64,000 nt of DNA from Obrimoposthia wandeli. Its lineage: Eukaryota. Shown piece by piece: positions 13,561 to 23,774 of this stretch. Each line of letters starts with the position of its first letter. Within the stretch, counting starts at the first letter, position 1. Position numbers and translations under genes: made by a program. Location: the NCBI GenBank assembly GCA_977020255.1, contig CDROCS010003603.1, forward strand, positions 1-64,000. The letters run 5' to 3'. The notes below the pieces were generated by a model. That model saw only the letters and a program-made list of their open reading frames with translations, was not told where the DNA came from and did no database searches.

Positions 13561-14781
13561 TCATACAATCACAGTTTTATTTTTCGTAATCTGAATTTCG
13601 GAATCAAATATTCCGTAAATCAAAACACTTGTTGGAACGGTCAAAGGAGAATTAAATCTAATTTCAAGTCTTAAATTACCAGTTTTAGGCACTTGAGTAG
13701 TGTTTATATCAAAATCTGGTGCTAATAGAAAAGTGAAAATCGAACTTCCTGATTTAAAATCAGAAAATCTGATACCATTATTCACGTTTTTATCTAAAAT
13801 ATTCATATTTCGAATAATTGACTGCATATATGCTAATGAAAAATTGTTATTATCTAGATTATAAGTTTCTCGATAATCTGTATTTCTAGCTAATGATATT
13901 GTTGAAACATTAAATGTATTGAACGTAGAAGATTTAACTTTGTATTCCTTACCACCCTGAGGTGTATCTTTGAAACCAATCAAAATGAACTTGGGTAAAC
14001 GATAGTCTCCGAATATTTGATCTTTATTAAGTTCCAAAGAACCCTGAGGAATTGAATATGTTACTAACTGAGTTTTTCTAATTGGGTAAACTGCATTCTG
14101 ACTTTGCAAACCTAACTGATGTCCAATCATTACTGAAGAATCAACTTTTACTCTTCTAACATACAATCTAGCATCTAGAATTTGAATAATTGGTTTTGAA
14201 GTTTCTGAATAGAGCGAAAAATTATGCTGATTTCTCATAAATCTCAAATGAACATTAATCCCTGGAATCAAATATTTTGGTTGATCAAAGAAATCTAATC
14301 TAATTGAATTACACAATGAAAATATTTTAGATTCACTAATCCATTGTTTACGATTTTCTGCATCATCATCATACCCACTACATTCAAGGTTAGTATACTT
14401 GGTATCACTACTAAAATTCAAAAGAGTATCGAATATAGCCTTATGAGTATACGTTCCATTTCCTCCTTCAACCTTTACATTATTAAGTGTTAGAATAACA
14501 TCTCTAAACAAAGTTTGAAACATTTAATTCTCTGGAGTTACATCGCTATCTTTCATTAAATCAGTACCATCTTCATTTACAACTTTTAATTTAATATTTA
14601 ACAAAGTATCATTCAAATCCAGATAATCTTCTTCAGATGCATGAATATTAAATTCTATGTCATTTAAATTTTTTCCAGTAATTGAATTGATTGGAAATAT
14701 TTCTTCAAAACTTGAATTTTCAATCACTACTTGAGGTAGTGGTCTATCGAAAATACACAATTCAGATTTTATACTAGTCAT
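13561..14781 (-). pseudogene. Major capsid protein (double jelly-roll, hexon-like), ~406 codons, split by one in-frame TAA at 14524-14526
   Basis: ORFs 14524-14781 (KSELCIFD..EEIFP..YLDLNDTLL) and 13561-14523 (QTLFRDV..LDFFDQPKYLIPG..GNLRLEIRF..LIYGIFDSEIQI) are in the same frame, separated only by TAA. The relic MCP at 33.7 kb has Phe at this position. Confidence 0.9.
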
Positions 14782-15167
14782 TTTTGGAAAATAGTACCTT
14801 TAAGACGTTTGTTTATACTATTTAAATTATTTCTTTTACGTTTAAGACCCTTTCCATTTTGTTCAACACAATTTGCGACTTTATTTAAACTATCAACAGC
14901 ATTATTTTTTAATTTTGGAATCAAATTGATTGTATTTTCTTTGAGAGATGAAATTATGTTTTTTGGATTTGTTAACGCAGTTCCTACCGTTTCACCAATT
15001 ACATTGGCAGCACTTGTAGCTGCTGATAAACCAACTTTTTTTAACAATGGAATAGCTAATCTAGAAATAGTTTGATACCAACCAGATCCATATTGTTTAC
15101 CAATGAAATAGGGAAGTTCACCGCCCTGTTGACTTTTGCTATAAAATTTTATAATTGATGTATTCAT
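14778..15167 (-). CDS. Conserved small Polinton protein (putative core/membrane-active; QxGG and QxGxG motifs, amphipathic segment, basic tail)
   Basis: SQQGGELPYFIGKQYGSGWYQTISRLAIPLLKKVG...QNGKGLKRKR. ATGA overlap with the MCP start; the same arrangement is seen in the relic at ~34.0 kb. Confidence 0.7.
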   Translation of the reverse strand: MNTSIIKFYSKSQQGGELPYFIGKQYGSGWYQTISRLAIPLLKKVGLSAATSAANVIGETVGTALTNPKNIISSLKENTINLIPKLKNNAVDSLNKVANCVEQNGKGLKRKRNNLNSINKRLKGTIFQK

Positions 15168-15210
15168 TTTATATATATATATATTTATATTTTAAATATA
15201 TTTATATTGT

Positions 15211-16224
15211 TTATACTTTACGTAAATGAAGAGTTAAACTAGTTTTTGCTCCATATGAAAATGGAATTAAATTACCAGAATCATCACGTATATTTACCTC
15301 GATTCTATTAATACTTGAATCTCTCATTTTCAAGTACATTGGATTATCAATTTTAACATTTACTACATCTCCATATCGATATTTTAATGATTTTAACCAA
15401 ATAGACTTTAACAGTGGAACATAATCAGATCCTACTAAGACAGAATCTGTTAAACTAGTATAAATATACATTTGATTATATGAGCTAGAAAGTGTTGGTT
15501 TTTGAAAACCTTTAATTCGTTTCTCAAAGAAAACATTATTAAAACCTAATAAAGATGCAAGTTTTTCGTCAAATAAAACTGATTTTACATTTTTCTTTAA
15601 TAAAATATCAAATAATCCGTCTGAATCTATATTACAGCTTTTAAAAATTTCATTACATTTACTGGCTATAATATTACATAATGAAGTACTATCTTGTATC
15701 AAATAATTTTGATTAAATTTTATTTCGTATTCATATTCAGCTAAATAATAAATTGTAATTCTCATTTTAGCATGAATATTTTTATTTATGTCAACAATTT
15801 CATCACTTGTTATAACATGACTAGAAATTTTTTGTATTTCATTAAAACCTATAATTTTTGATTCATCTAAAGTTTCGAATTTTAACAACATTCGATGAAT
15901 GCTGTTAATTGTACTTATTTCTAATTTTTGATTCTTTGTAATTTTGAAATTGAAAACAGTATTTAAATTATTAAAAATTAATCCATTTAAAATTGCAAAA
16001 GATACATCGAAAGTTTTCATTTCTATCTTTTCCGTTTTATAAAGTATTTTTGAATTAGTTTGTATTGTTAAAGGAGTATAATTAAATACAAATTCAGTCA
16101 AGGCAACCTCCCATTCACCATCTAAATTTAGAGAGTTTTCCCAATCTACAGTAAATTGATTGGCTGTATTGTTAGGTTGAGTACTTGGACAACTATTACT
16201 AGGTAAAATAATATATTTTGACAT
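15211..16224 (-). CDS. Minor capsid protein (penton, single jelly-roll), 337 aa
   Basis: N-terminal IILPSNS..PNNTANQFTV..LNLDGEWEVALTEF and C-terminal YIYTSL..LVG..VPLLK..NPMY..IEVNIRDDSGNLIPF..LTLHLR are typical Polinton mCP motifs. Confidence 0.88.
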   Translation of the reverse strand: MSKYIILPSNSCPSTQPNNTANQFTVDWENSLNLDGEWEVALTEFVFNYTPLTIQTNSKILYKTEKIEMKTFDVSFAILNGLIFNNLNTVFNFKITKNQKLEISTINSIHRMLLKFETLDESKIIGFNEIQKISSHVITSDEIVDINKNIHAKMRITIYYLAEYEYEIKFNQNYLIQDSTSLCNIIASKCNEIFKSCNIDSDGLFDILLKKNVKSVLFDEKLASLLGFNNVFFEKRIKGFQKPTLSSSYNQMYIYTSLTDSVLVGSDYVPLLKSIWLKSLKYRYGDVVNVKIDNPMYLKMRDSSINRIEVNIRDDSGNLIPFSYGAKTSLTLHLRKV

Positions 16225-17251
16225 TATTCAATTTGAGAAGCAAATATCCAAGAAGGTTCAGAGTATCCGTGCCACTTTACGTAATATTGTTTATTCTTAC
16301 CACGACCTTTAGTTTCTAAAATTTCTTGTATTCGATATAGTTTAGGTTTATCAATTAATTGTAACTCTTGTTTATAAAATTTTCCTTTGATGATGACGTT
16401 ATCAATATCTTTTAAAATATACATTATTGTATTTTTTATTTATAATTAATATCATGAATTTGAAAAACCTCATCACTCCAATTTTGATTAAAATTTTTAA
16501 TAAATGGACTTGTACTTATTTTTGATATTCGAACATAATCATCAATTTTATATTTAGATTTAACTTTCTTTTCTTTTAGATTTTGTTTCAACAAAATATC
16601 AAATTCATTTTTATTATTTACATCTACAGGTTTTAAACCATCTAAACCTCTATGTTTAGAATTATTATAAGCATAAATAATTTTTGGTAATACATTCACC
16701 CATTTCTTATTACCTTGTTTAGTAAAATATTTCTTTAACCGTTCTCTTAACGTTCTATTAAATCTTTCAACTACTGCAGCTTTATATTGAGAATATACTG
16801 AATAATGATTGATATTTTCAGTTTTAAATAATTTCTTAACATGTGAATTAAAAAATTCTTTACCTTCATCGGTTTGGATATTTACTGGTACATCATCAAC
16901 AATTAAAGATTCTATTGCATGTAATAAATCAATACCTGATTTTGATTTAACACCAACTGCTTTTGCAAAACGATTAAATACATCAATACAAGTTAAAATA
17001 TACTTGAATCCATTATTTACTGAAGAATAAGGAATCATTTCCATTAAATCCATCTGCCATAACGAATTAATACCATTAGTTTTATATGATCTAGTAGGGA
17101 ATTTACGTCTTAAAGGTTTATTCAGACTATATGATAATTCATTTCTTAACCATTTTTGTGTGTTTGTTTTTGATTGTTTGACTCTTTTTGTCAATTTTTC
17201 TAACCCTGTATAACCGTCTGGATCTTCTGGATTGTTCCAAATCTTTTCCAT
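16224..17251 (-). pseudogene. Retroviral-type (rve) integrase with C-terminal chromodomain, split by a 1-bp frameshift near 16430-16445
   Basis: DDE triad WQMDL / IQTDEGKEF / AVVERFNRTL. ORF 16224-16424 (YILKD..IKGKFYKQELQ..YRIQEILETKGRGKNKQYYVKWHGY..SW) is the usual Polinton integrase tail plus chromodomain; adding one A joins the two ORFs. Confidence 0.9.
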
Positions 17252-17395
17252 TGCAGCATGAAGAATTAAAATTTATAAATATGTTAGACAACTTTGTATT
17301 GTTTATCCCCATTATTATAAAAGTTAAATATATTTTAATCTGTTTATATGTTTGTATAAAACGAATGAATGTAATTATTTTCGTTATTAAGACAA

Positions 17396-17809
17396 CTATC
17401 CCCATCTTGAAGATATAACACTAGCTATTACTGATGCTATAGCGGGCAGTAGGGCCAATATGAATCCACCATTTTGATTATAAATAATGTTTCTTTTATT
17501 AATTTTACCACGTGAATTTGCTAAATTTATTAATGAATTTTTATATTTTAAAATATTATCATCAGGTTTAATTTTACCATAAATTATTTTATTTAAAATT
17601 TTTATTAAATCATCAACTACATAAATTGGAAATGTTTTCAACATTTTCATTTTATTCGTTTTTGGTACGTCAATTAAGGTTTTAAAATAAGGTAAACTTT
17701 TTGAAAATTCAATATTATTACGATCATATAATACAGTATTTATTAATTTTTTAACTTCATCTTTATCTGTCCTTTTACTATGTTTAAGAATACTCTTTTT
17801 AAAATTCAT
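17396..17809 (-). CDS. Small basic Polinton protein ending in a GG|F motif plus amphipathic helix (137 aa)
   Basis: C-terminus NQNGGFILALLPAIASVIASVISSRWG, a candidate protease-released membrane-active peptide. Confidence 0.65.
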   Translation of the reverse strand: MNFKKSILKHSKRTDKDEVKKLINTVLYDRNNIEFSKSLPYFKTLIDVPKTNKMKMLKTFPIYVVDDLIKILNKIIYGKIKPDDNILKYKNSLINLANSRGKINKRNIIYNQNGGFILALLPAIASVIASVISSRWG

Positions 17810-17810
17810 T

Positions 17811-18464
17811 TTATTTTAAAACTTTATTATTATTTATTTTGTTTAATATACGTTTTGTAATACCATTACGGTTAAATATATCAGTAACAATTCTTAAATC
17901 ATCAGGACATGATTGAGTAAAATTTAAAAATAAATAACCATGTGGTATAGATGTAGCATCATGAAACGCATCAATTAAATAACTCTTGTTATGAGGAAAT
18001 GCTTGACGAGCAATAAAATCTATCACTGTTTGATCTCTAGGATTTTTGAATAAAATCAAATAATGTACATTAAGATTACGAGTACGATGATTTCCTCCTT
18101 GATGAAATAAATTTTGGGTTATAAAAATTACAGTAACTTCTCTATGTCTTGCAATTTTTGTAAATAAATCATTAAAATCAGATTCTTTGTTAGCCTCTTG
18201 ATATAAGTCATCAATAACAATTACATCACCTTTTACGAGTCTTGTCGTCCAATTTTCATCAAAACCGTTAATAATCTTAATGTTTTTTATTTTATTAAAT
18301 TCTTGGTTTGTTAAACCAGCTTCTCCGTCACCACCTTGATGCCAATATATTTTATTAAATTTATTTTTAAACATTTTTGAATTTAATAATTTACAAACAA
18401 ATAAAGTTTTTCCGCTACCACTTGGTCCTACTACTTGAAAAGTCGAATTGTTTGTTAATAACAT
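17811..18464 (-). CDS. FtsK/HerA-family (A32-like) DNA packaging ATPase, 217 aa
   Basis: Walker A VVGPSGSGKT, Walker B VIVIDD, then ARHREVTVIFITQNLF, RNLNVHYLILFKNPRD and PHGYLFLNF. Confidence 0.93.
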   Translation of the reverse strand: MLLTNNSTFQVVGPSGSGKTLFVCKLLNSKMFKNKFNKIYWHQGGDGEAGLTNQEFNKIKNIKIINGFDENWTTRLVKGDVIVIDDLYQEANKESDFNDLFTKIARHREVTVIFITQNLFHQGGNHRTRNLNVHYLILFKNPRDQTVIDFIARQAFPHNKSYLIDAFHDATSIPHGYLFLNFTQSCPDDLRIVTDIFNRNGITKRILNKINNNKVLK

Positions 18465-18552
18465 TATATATAAATATTAATATAAAATAAATATATCAGA
18501 ATAAGTACATGTTTATAACAATAACAACATTTTATTAAATATTTATTAAACA

Positions 18553-19101
18553 TCAAAATATTCGGTCGCTGTATGAATCGGTCCAGATGAGACTTCTTCC
18601 ATCTTCTTGAATATCCGAAATCTTTGTTTCACCATAATTAATTAGAAATTGTTTCGTATTTATATAATTTTTTTTAATGTATGTCATGATATCGTTAACT
18701 TGATCTTGAAAATCTAAATTTCTAAGACCTAAAATTACGACCTTTCCAGATGTGAAAATATTTACACACAATGGATTGAAAATATTTAATCTTAAGCCTG
18801 GGAAAACCTCAGGGTCAAATGAACATGCGTTACGTAATACATTCGATAATATAAATAGATTGATACTTTGTTCTAAATTTTCACATATCGTAATTGATTG
18901 AATACCAAGTATATTTATTCTTAAAGGGTAAGAAATATTTTTAATAGGTACCTTACATCCCATAATCCTGCATTTCTTATTTCTAAAAATAAGTATTGTA
19001 TAATCTTTGGCTTTATAAACGTATTGTTCTGGTCGTGTTCGAAATTTTAATTTGGATACATCATCTAAGCAAATTCCTTTATAATTAATATTTGTTAACA
19101 T
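18553..19101 (-). CDS. TBP: Divergent TATA-box-binding protein (TBP)-like protein, 182 aa
   Basis: Two TBP repeats: LTNINY..TILIFRNKKCRIMGCK (cf. LQNIVS..TALIFSSGKMVCTGAK) and IQSIT..SFDPEVFPGLRLNIFNPLCVNIFTSGKVVILGLR (cf. IQNMV..SYEPELFPGLIYRM..LLIFVSGKVVLTGAK). Intact ATG-started ORF. Confidence 0.85.
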   Translation of the reverse strand: MLTNINYKGICLDDVSKLKFRTRPEQYVYKAKDYTILIFRNKKCRIMGCKVPIKNISYPLRINILGIQSITICENLEQSINLFILSNVLRNACSFDPEVFPGLRLNIFNPLCVNIFTSGKVVILGLRNLDFQDQVNDIMTYIKKNYINTKQFLINYGETKISDIQEDGRSLIWTDSYSDRIF

Positions 19102-19203
19102 TGTAAGTAAAATAATTAAATTATTGTATTTATATATTTTTTTTATTCAGTCTACAAATCAACCAATATCCAATCAGTCCAATCAAATCAATCATATCAT
19201 CAG

Positions 19204-22200
19204 ATGAGTATATGTAAAACTTATTCAAATATTTGTTTTTCGGATACACATTTTAATCCTCAAGAATGTCATGATATATTGAAAAAATATTATGGTTATT
19301 CATACAAAAAGATAAATTATTTCATATGTCCACAATGTTTAAGCACTGAAAATGTTGATTACAACTTATTTTATAGTCGACATGTTAGTCATTTAAAAGC
19401 ATATGAAAATGTTAGTAAGAAAAAATTATTTAAAGTACCGGCTTTAAGCAAAAGAACTGATATAATTAATGTACCATCAAACATAGTAATTTCAGCTCCT
19501 ACAATTACGTCACGAAAACGTAAAATAAATGATAATATACATACTAAAACATCATTAGAAAATAGTTATTCAATGATATCCATGAAAGTAGATCATCTCA
19601 ATCTTGTAAGTCTTAAGGTTCCAGTTTCATTATTAAACGAACTAGTGCAAATAGTGCAATTAATGGGAAAAGCAAAGATACAATACATCATAAGAATGAG
19701 GTTTGAAAAGAATGATGGAGAAACTAAAGAATGGTATGCTTCGCATCGAGCAATGATTTTTTCACATGCTGTAATTTCAGAAATGGAAAATACAATGGAA
19801 AATAAAGTTGAAGAATATTCAGAAAAAGGTAGTGGTTGGAAATTGATGAATATACTTGAATATGCATTTATTGTTACTAAATATAGTCAAATTTGTGCAT
19901 TGTCAGGTCATTCATATATTAAATCACCAAATTCTCTTACAAAATCTAAAGCAGTCGTCAATATTCAAAACTCTGATAATCTTTGCTTTATTTATGCAAT
20001 ATTGTCAATACTTAAATATAATGAAATAGACTCACATAAAAATAGACCAAGCCAATATGAAAGATTTTTAAATGATTTTGTATATAATTCCGAAGACATG
20101 CCTATGAAAATATCAAATATATCAAAATTTGAACGGCAAAATCCTGGTATAATAATAAATGTATTCATATTCAACGAGATAAGTGAAAAAGAATCAAAAA
20201 CTGATGTTATCAAGAATCCTTATATTGATATTGCATACAAATCAAAAATAAAGGAAGGAACTATAGTTAATTTATTGTTACTAGAATCCAAGGAACAGTT
20301 TCATTATATAGGAATAACTTGTCTTAACCGGCTATTAAATATTCGAACTGGAACGACTAGAATTAGCAGAAAATGGTGTGAAAAGTGTTTACATGATTTC
20401 AAAACCGATTTGTCATTAGAAAAGCATAAAGTTTTATGTGACTATAATCAAGAAAGCACTACAATGTATACTATGCCTAAGAATAAGTACGTTAAATTCA
20501 ATGATTGGTCAAAAACTATATCACCGAAATATGTCGTTTACGCTGATTTTGAATCTGTATTAGTACCAGATGAGAGTTATCATCAAAAGCATATGCCTGT
20601 CGCATCTGGCATGTTATTTATGAGTACAGATGAAATTGAAACCCAGTATCAATATAATGTTGGTGATGACTGCATAGTTAAGTTTCTTCAGTCAATAGAG
20701 AACTTGGCTAAAGAAAAGGTTTTACCATGGTATTTAGATGCTCTTAAAAACGTAATGATTCCCTTAACAAATGCAGAGATTCATACATTTAGCAATGCCA
20801 ATGAATGTTATTTATGTCACGAATCATCTGAAAAATATGTTAAAGATCACGATCACTTTACTGGTAAATATCTAGGTCCTGCATGCAATGAATGTAATTT
20901 ATCAAGAAAACTTCGTCCAACTTTACCTATTGTGTTTCATAATCTCAGAGGTTATGATTTACATCATATTTTAAAACATGCATTGAATAAATTTACTGAC
21001 TGGGATATAAATATTATACCACAATCAACAGAAAAGTTTCAAGCCATGATTGTAAGATTAGGTCAAATAACTCTGAGATTTATAGATTCTTTGCAATTTT
21101 TACAATCATCTTTGGAAAATTTAGCCGGTAAATTACCAACTATTCCATTAACAAGATCAGTTTTTCCATCTAAACTTATTGATGGCAAAGGAATATTCCC
21201 ATATGATTTTGCTACATCATTAAATGTCCTCCAGAATAAGTTAAGTTTACCAGTAAAATGGAATGATAAAATCACAGACACTGAATATCAAAAAGCACAA
21301 GATGTTTGGAAAATAACCAATTGTAGAAATATGTTGGATTATATGTTAGTTTACTTAAAGACTGACGTATATTTATTAGCTGACGTATTTCAAACATTCA
21401 GAAGAAAAGCTCTCAGTGAAGATGGTTTAGAACCACTTAACTTTTTTAGCATTCCTGGGTTGAGTTGGGCAAGTGCTCTAAAAATGTTAAAACATAAGGT
21501 TGAACTGATGCAGGATCCTGAAATGTACAACATGATTTCTTCGGGTATACGAGGAGGAATGACATTTGTCAATAAGCATCATGTAGTCGCTGATGAAGAA
21601 ACAAGTCTTTTATATATAGATGTTAATAATTTATATGGATGGGCTCTTGATCAACCTTTACCAAAAGGAGATTTTGAATGGATTCTTGATGATATAAAAT
21701 TAAACGAAATATTGCATGAAATGAAAAATGTGAACATGGAACATATTGAATATGGTTATTTTATGGAAGTAGACTTGGTAATACCAGAAAACCTTCATGA
21801 CTTTTTAGATGATCTTCCTATAGCTCCAGAAAAGAAATGTCCACCTGGTAAAAAATTTGAAAAACTTTTAATGACACATTCGCCAAAAAGTCATTATGTT
21901 ATTCATTGGAGACTATTGCAGATGTATGTTAGTTTAGGAGCAGTGGTAACAATTATTCATCGAGCAGTAAAATTCTCTCAGGCTAAGATATTCGCAGAAT
22001 ATATAGAATATAATTCAGAAATGAGATCACAAGCAACGAATAAATGTGACAAAGATTTTTATAAACTTAAAAATGTTAGTTTGTATGGAAAGACTGTTGG
22101 AAATGTTAAGAAACGATTGAATCTTCGCATCTGCACTAGTTCTACAAAATTAATCACATATACTAGCAAACCTATGTTTCAACGAACAATTGAAATTCAT

Positions 22201-22843
22201 GATAATTTAATAGCTGTTTTATTAAGAAAAGATTTTATTTGTCTCGATCGACCAAATTATATAGGCCAAGCTGTACTAGACCTTAGCAAATTACGAATGT
22301 ATACTCTTCAGTATCATGATTTGCAAATATATCGTAATTTATTCAATTGTTCAATTAATATAGTTGCCGGTGATACCGATTCATTCTTTTTGGAATGTAA
22401 AAACGTTAATTTAAGAAAACAGTTGTTACCAAAAATGATTGCAGATGGATTATTAGATACGTCAAATTATAATGTGAATGATCCATTATATTCTAATACA
22501 TTTAATAGTAAAATAGGTTTATTTAAAGATGAATCGGAAGGAAGAATGTATAAAGAATGGATTTTCTTACTTTGTAAATGTTATTCACTTAAGTTTGAAG
22601 ATGACTTTGAAAATAATAAAGCAAAAGGAGTAAATCTTAAGGGTTCAACGGTTGTACATCAAACATATTTAGACGTGTATGAAAAACTTTGCATATACTA
22701 TACCTCAAAAGAAGTTTGGAACAATAAATCATCAACTATACACAATCAAAATACAAAAGACTGCTTTCAGCTCATCAGATGACAAGCGCTATTGGATCGA
22801 GAAAAATAGAAGCCGCGCTTATGGACATTATGAAATAACATAA
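19204..22843 (+). CDS. polB: Protein-primed family B DNA polymerase with internal endonuclease-VII-like Zn motif; +1 frameshift near 22685 truncates the C-terminus
   Basis: Exo I VYADFES, Exo II VFHNLRGYD, CYLC..DHDHFTGKYLGPACNECN, YIDVNNLYG, SLYGKT, GDTDS. The +1 frame from ~22690 reads ..IQKTAFSSSDDKRYWIEKNRSRAYGHYEIT* (stop 22841-22843), the conserved Polinton C-terminus. Confidence 0.95.
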
Positions 22844-22916
22844 TAAATGTGTTTAATTTTGTATTATTCTCTGACTTCTTTCTTATTTATTTTTGATTTA
22901 ATTTTTGATTTAATAC

Positions 22917-23768
22917 AAATTTTAACATAATTCTTTAGATGTGTAAGCCTGGGAAAAAACTTTGATCTAAATTTCACATAGAATAGTATGTGTGTGATTA
23001 CGTAATACATTCCTTAACTGATAAGAGTGAACTTTAGTTTAAATTTCACATAAAAATAGTGTATGTGTGTATTAAAACCACATTCCTTAACTGATAAGAG
23101 TGAACTTAGCCTAAATTTCACATAGAATAGTGTGTGTGTATGATTACGTCATACATTCTTAATTGATAAGTGTGAACTTTATCATAAATTTTCATTATGG
23201 ACTAGATCACAAAAAAGAAGGGTGGAGACTAAGCCACTTGATCCTTTGAATTAGTGATTAGCCAAAAATAAGGGTGGAGACTAGACCACAAAAAGATGGG
23301 TGGAGACTAGACCACAAAAAGATGGGTGGAGACTAGACCACAAAAAGATGGGTGGAGACTAGACCACAAAAAGAAGGGTGGAGACTAGATCACTAAAAGA
23401 AGGGTGGAGACTAAGCCAATTGACCCTTTCATAGTGGTATATCTCAAAAAGAAGGGTGGAGACTAGACCACTTGACCCTTTCATAGTGGTATATCACAAA
23501 AAGAAGGGTGGAGACTAAGCCAATTGACCCTTTGAATTATGGACAACCATAGATTATAGCCAAAAGAAGGGTGGAGTCTAGATCACTTGACCCCTCTCCT
23601 CCCCTCCCCGCCTCCCGCCTCCTCCTAAAGGGTGTCATACCATAAGGGTGTCTTGCCATACCATAAGGGTATATGTTGCCTCACCTCTGGTGTGGCGAGA
23701 CATCCTTATGGTATGTCACCCTTTAGGGGGGGGGGTCAAGTGGTCTAGACTCCATCCTTCTACCTACT
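22917..23768 (-). repeat. Right terminal inverted repeat (~852 bp)
   Basis: Reverse complement of the left TIR; 10 GGTGGAG-core units. Confidence 0.95.
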
Positions 23769-23774
23769 CCTGTT
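23769..23774 (+). repeat. Right target-site duplication CCTGTT
   Basis: Matches 11681-11686. Confidence 0.95.

Larger units (their letters stand above)
11687..23768. mobile_element. Full-length Maverick/Polinton (adintovirus-like endogenous virus), 12,082 bp
   Basis: Ends 5'-AGTAGGTAGAAGGATGG...CCATCCTTCTACCTACT-3', long TIRs, 6-bp TSD, and the core gene set (pPolB, integrase, ATPase, MCP, mCP, protease). Confidence 0.98.

Noticed and set aside
14524-14526. Alternative genetic code (TAA read as an amino acid) to explain the MCP stop
   Set aside because: Other genes of the element end normally in TAA, and the remaining lesions are frameshifts; a nonsense mutation is simpler.
18546-18635. 29-aa alternative-frame ORF (MVKQRFRIFKK...) overlapping the TBP-like 3' end; the TBP tail might be an A8-run artefact
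   Set aside because: Too short to support from one copy; needs sister elements to resolve.
14809-21572. Antisense or overlapping ORFs in the Polinton (14809-15075, 16809-17030, 17139-17405, 17188-17418, 19992-20213, 21063-21281, 21390-21572)
   Set aside because: Shadow ORFs of real genes with no recognisable motifs, several with non-ATG starts.
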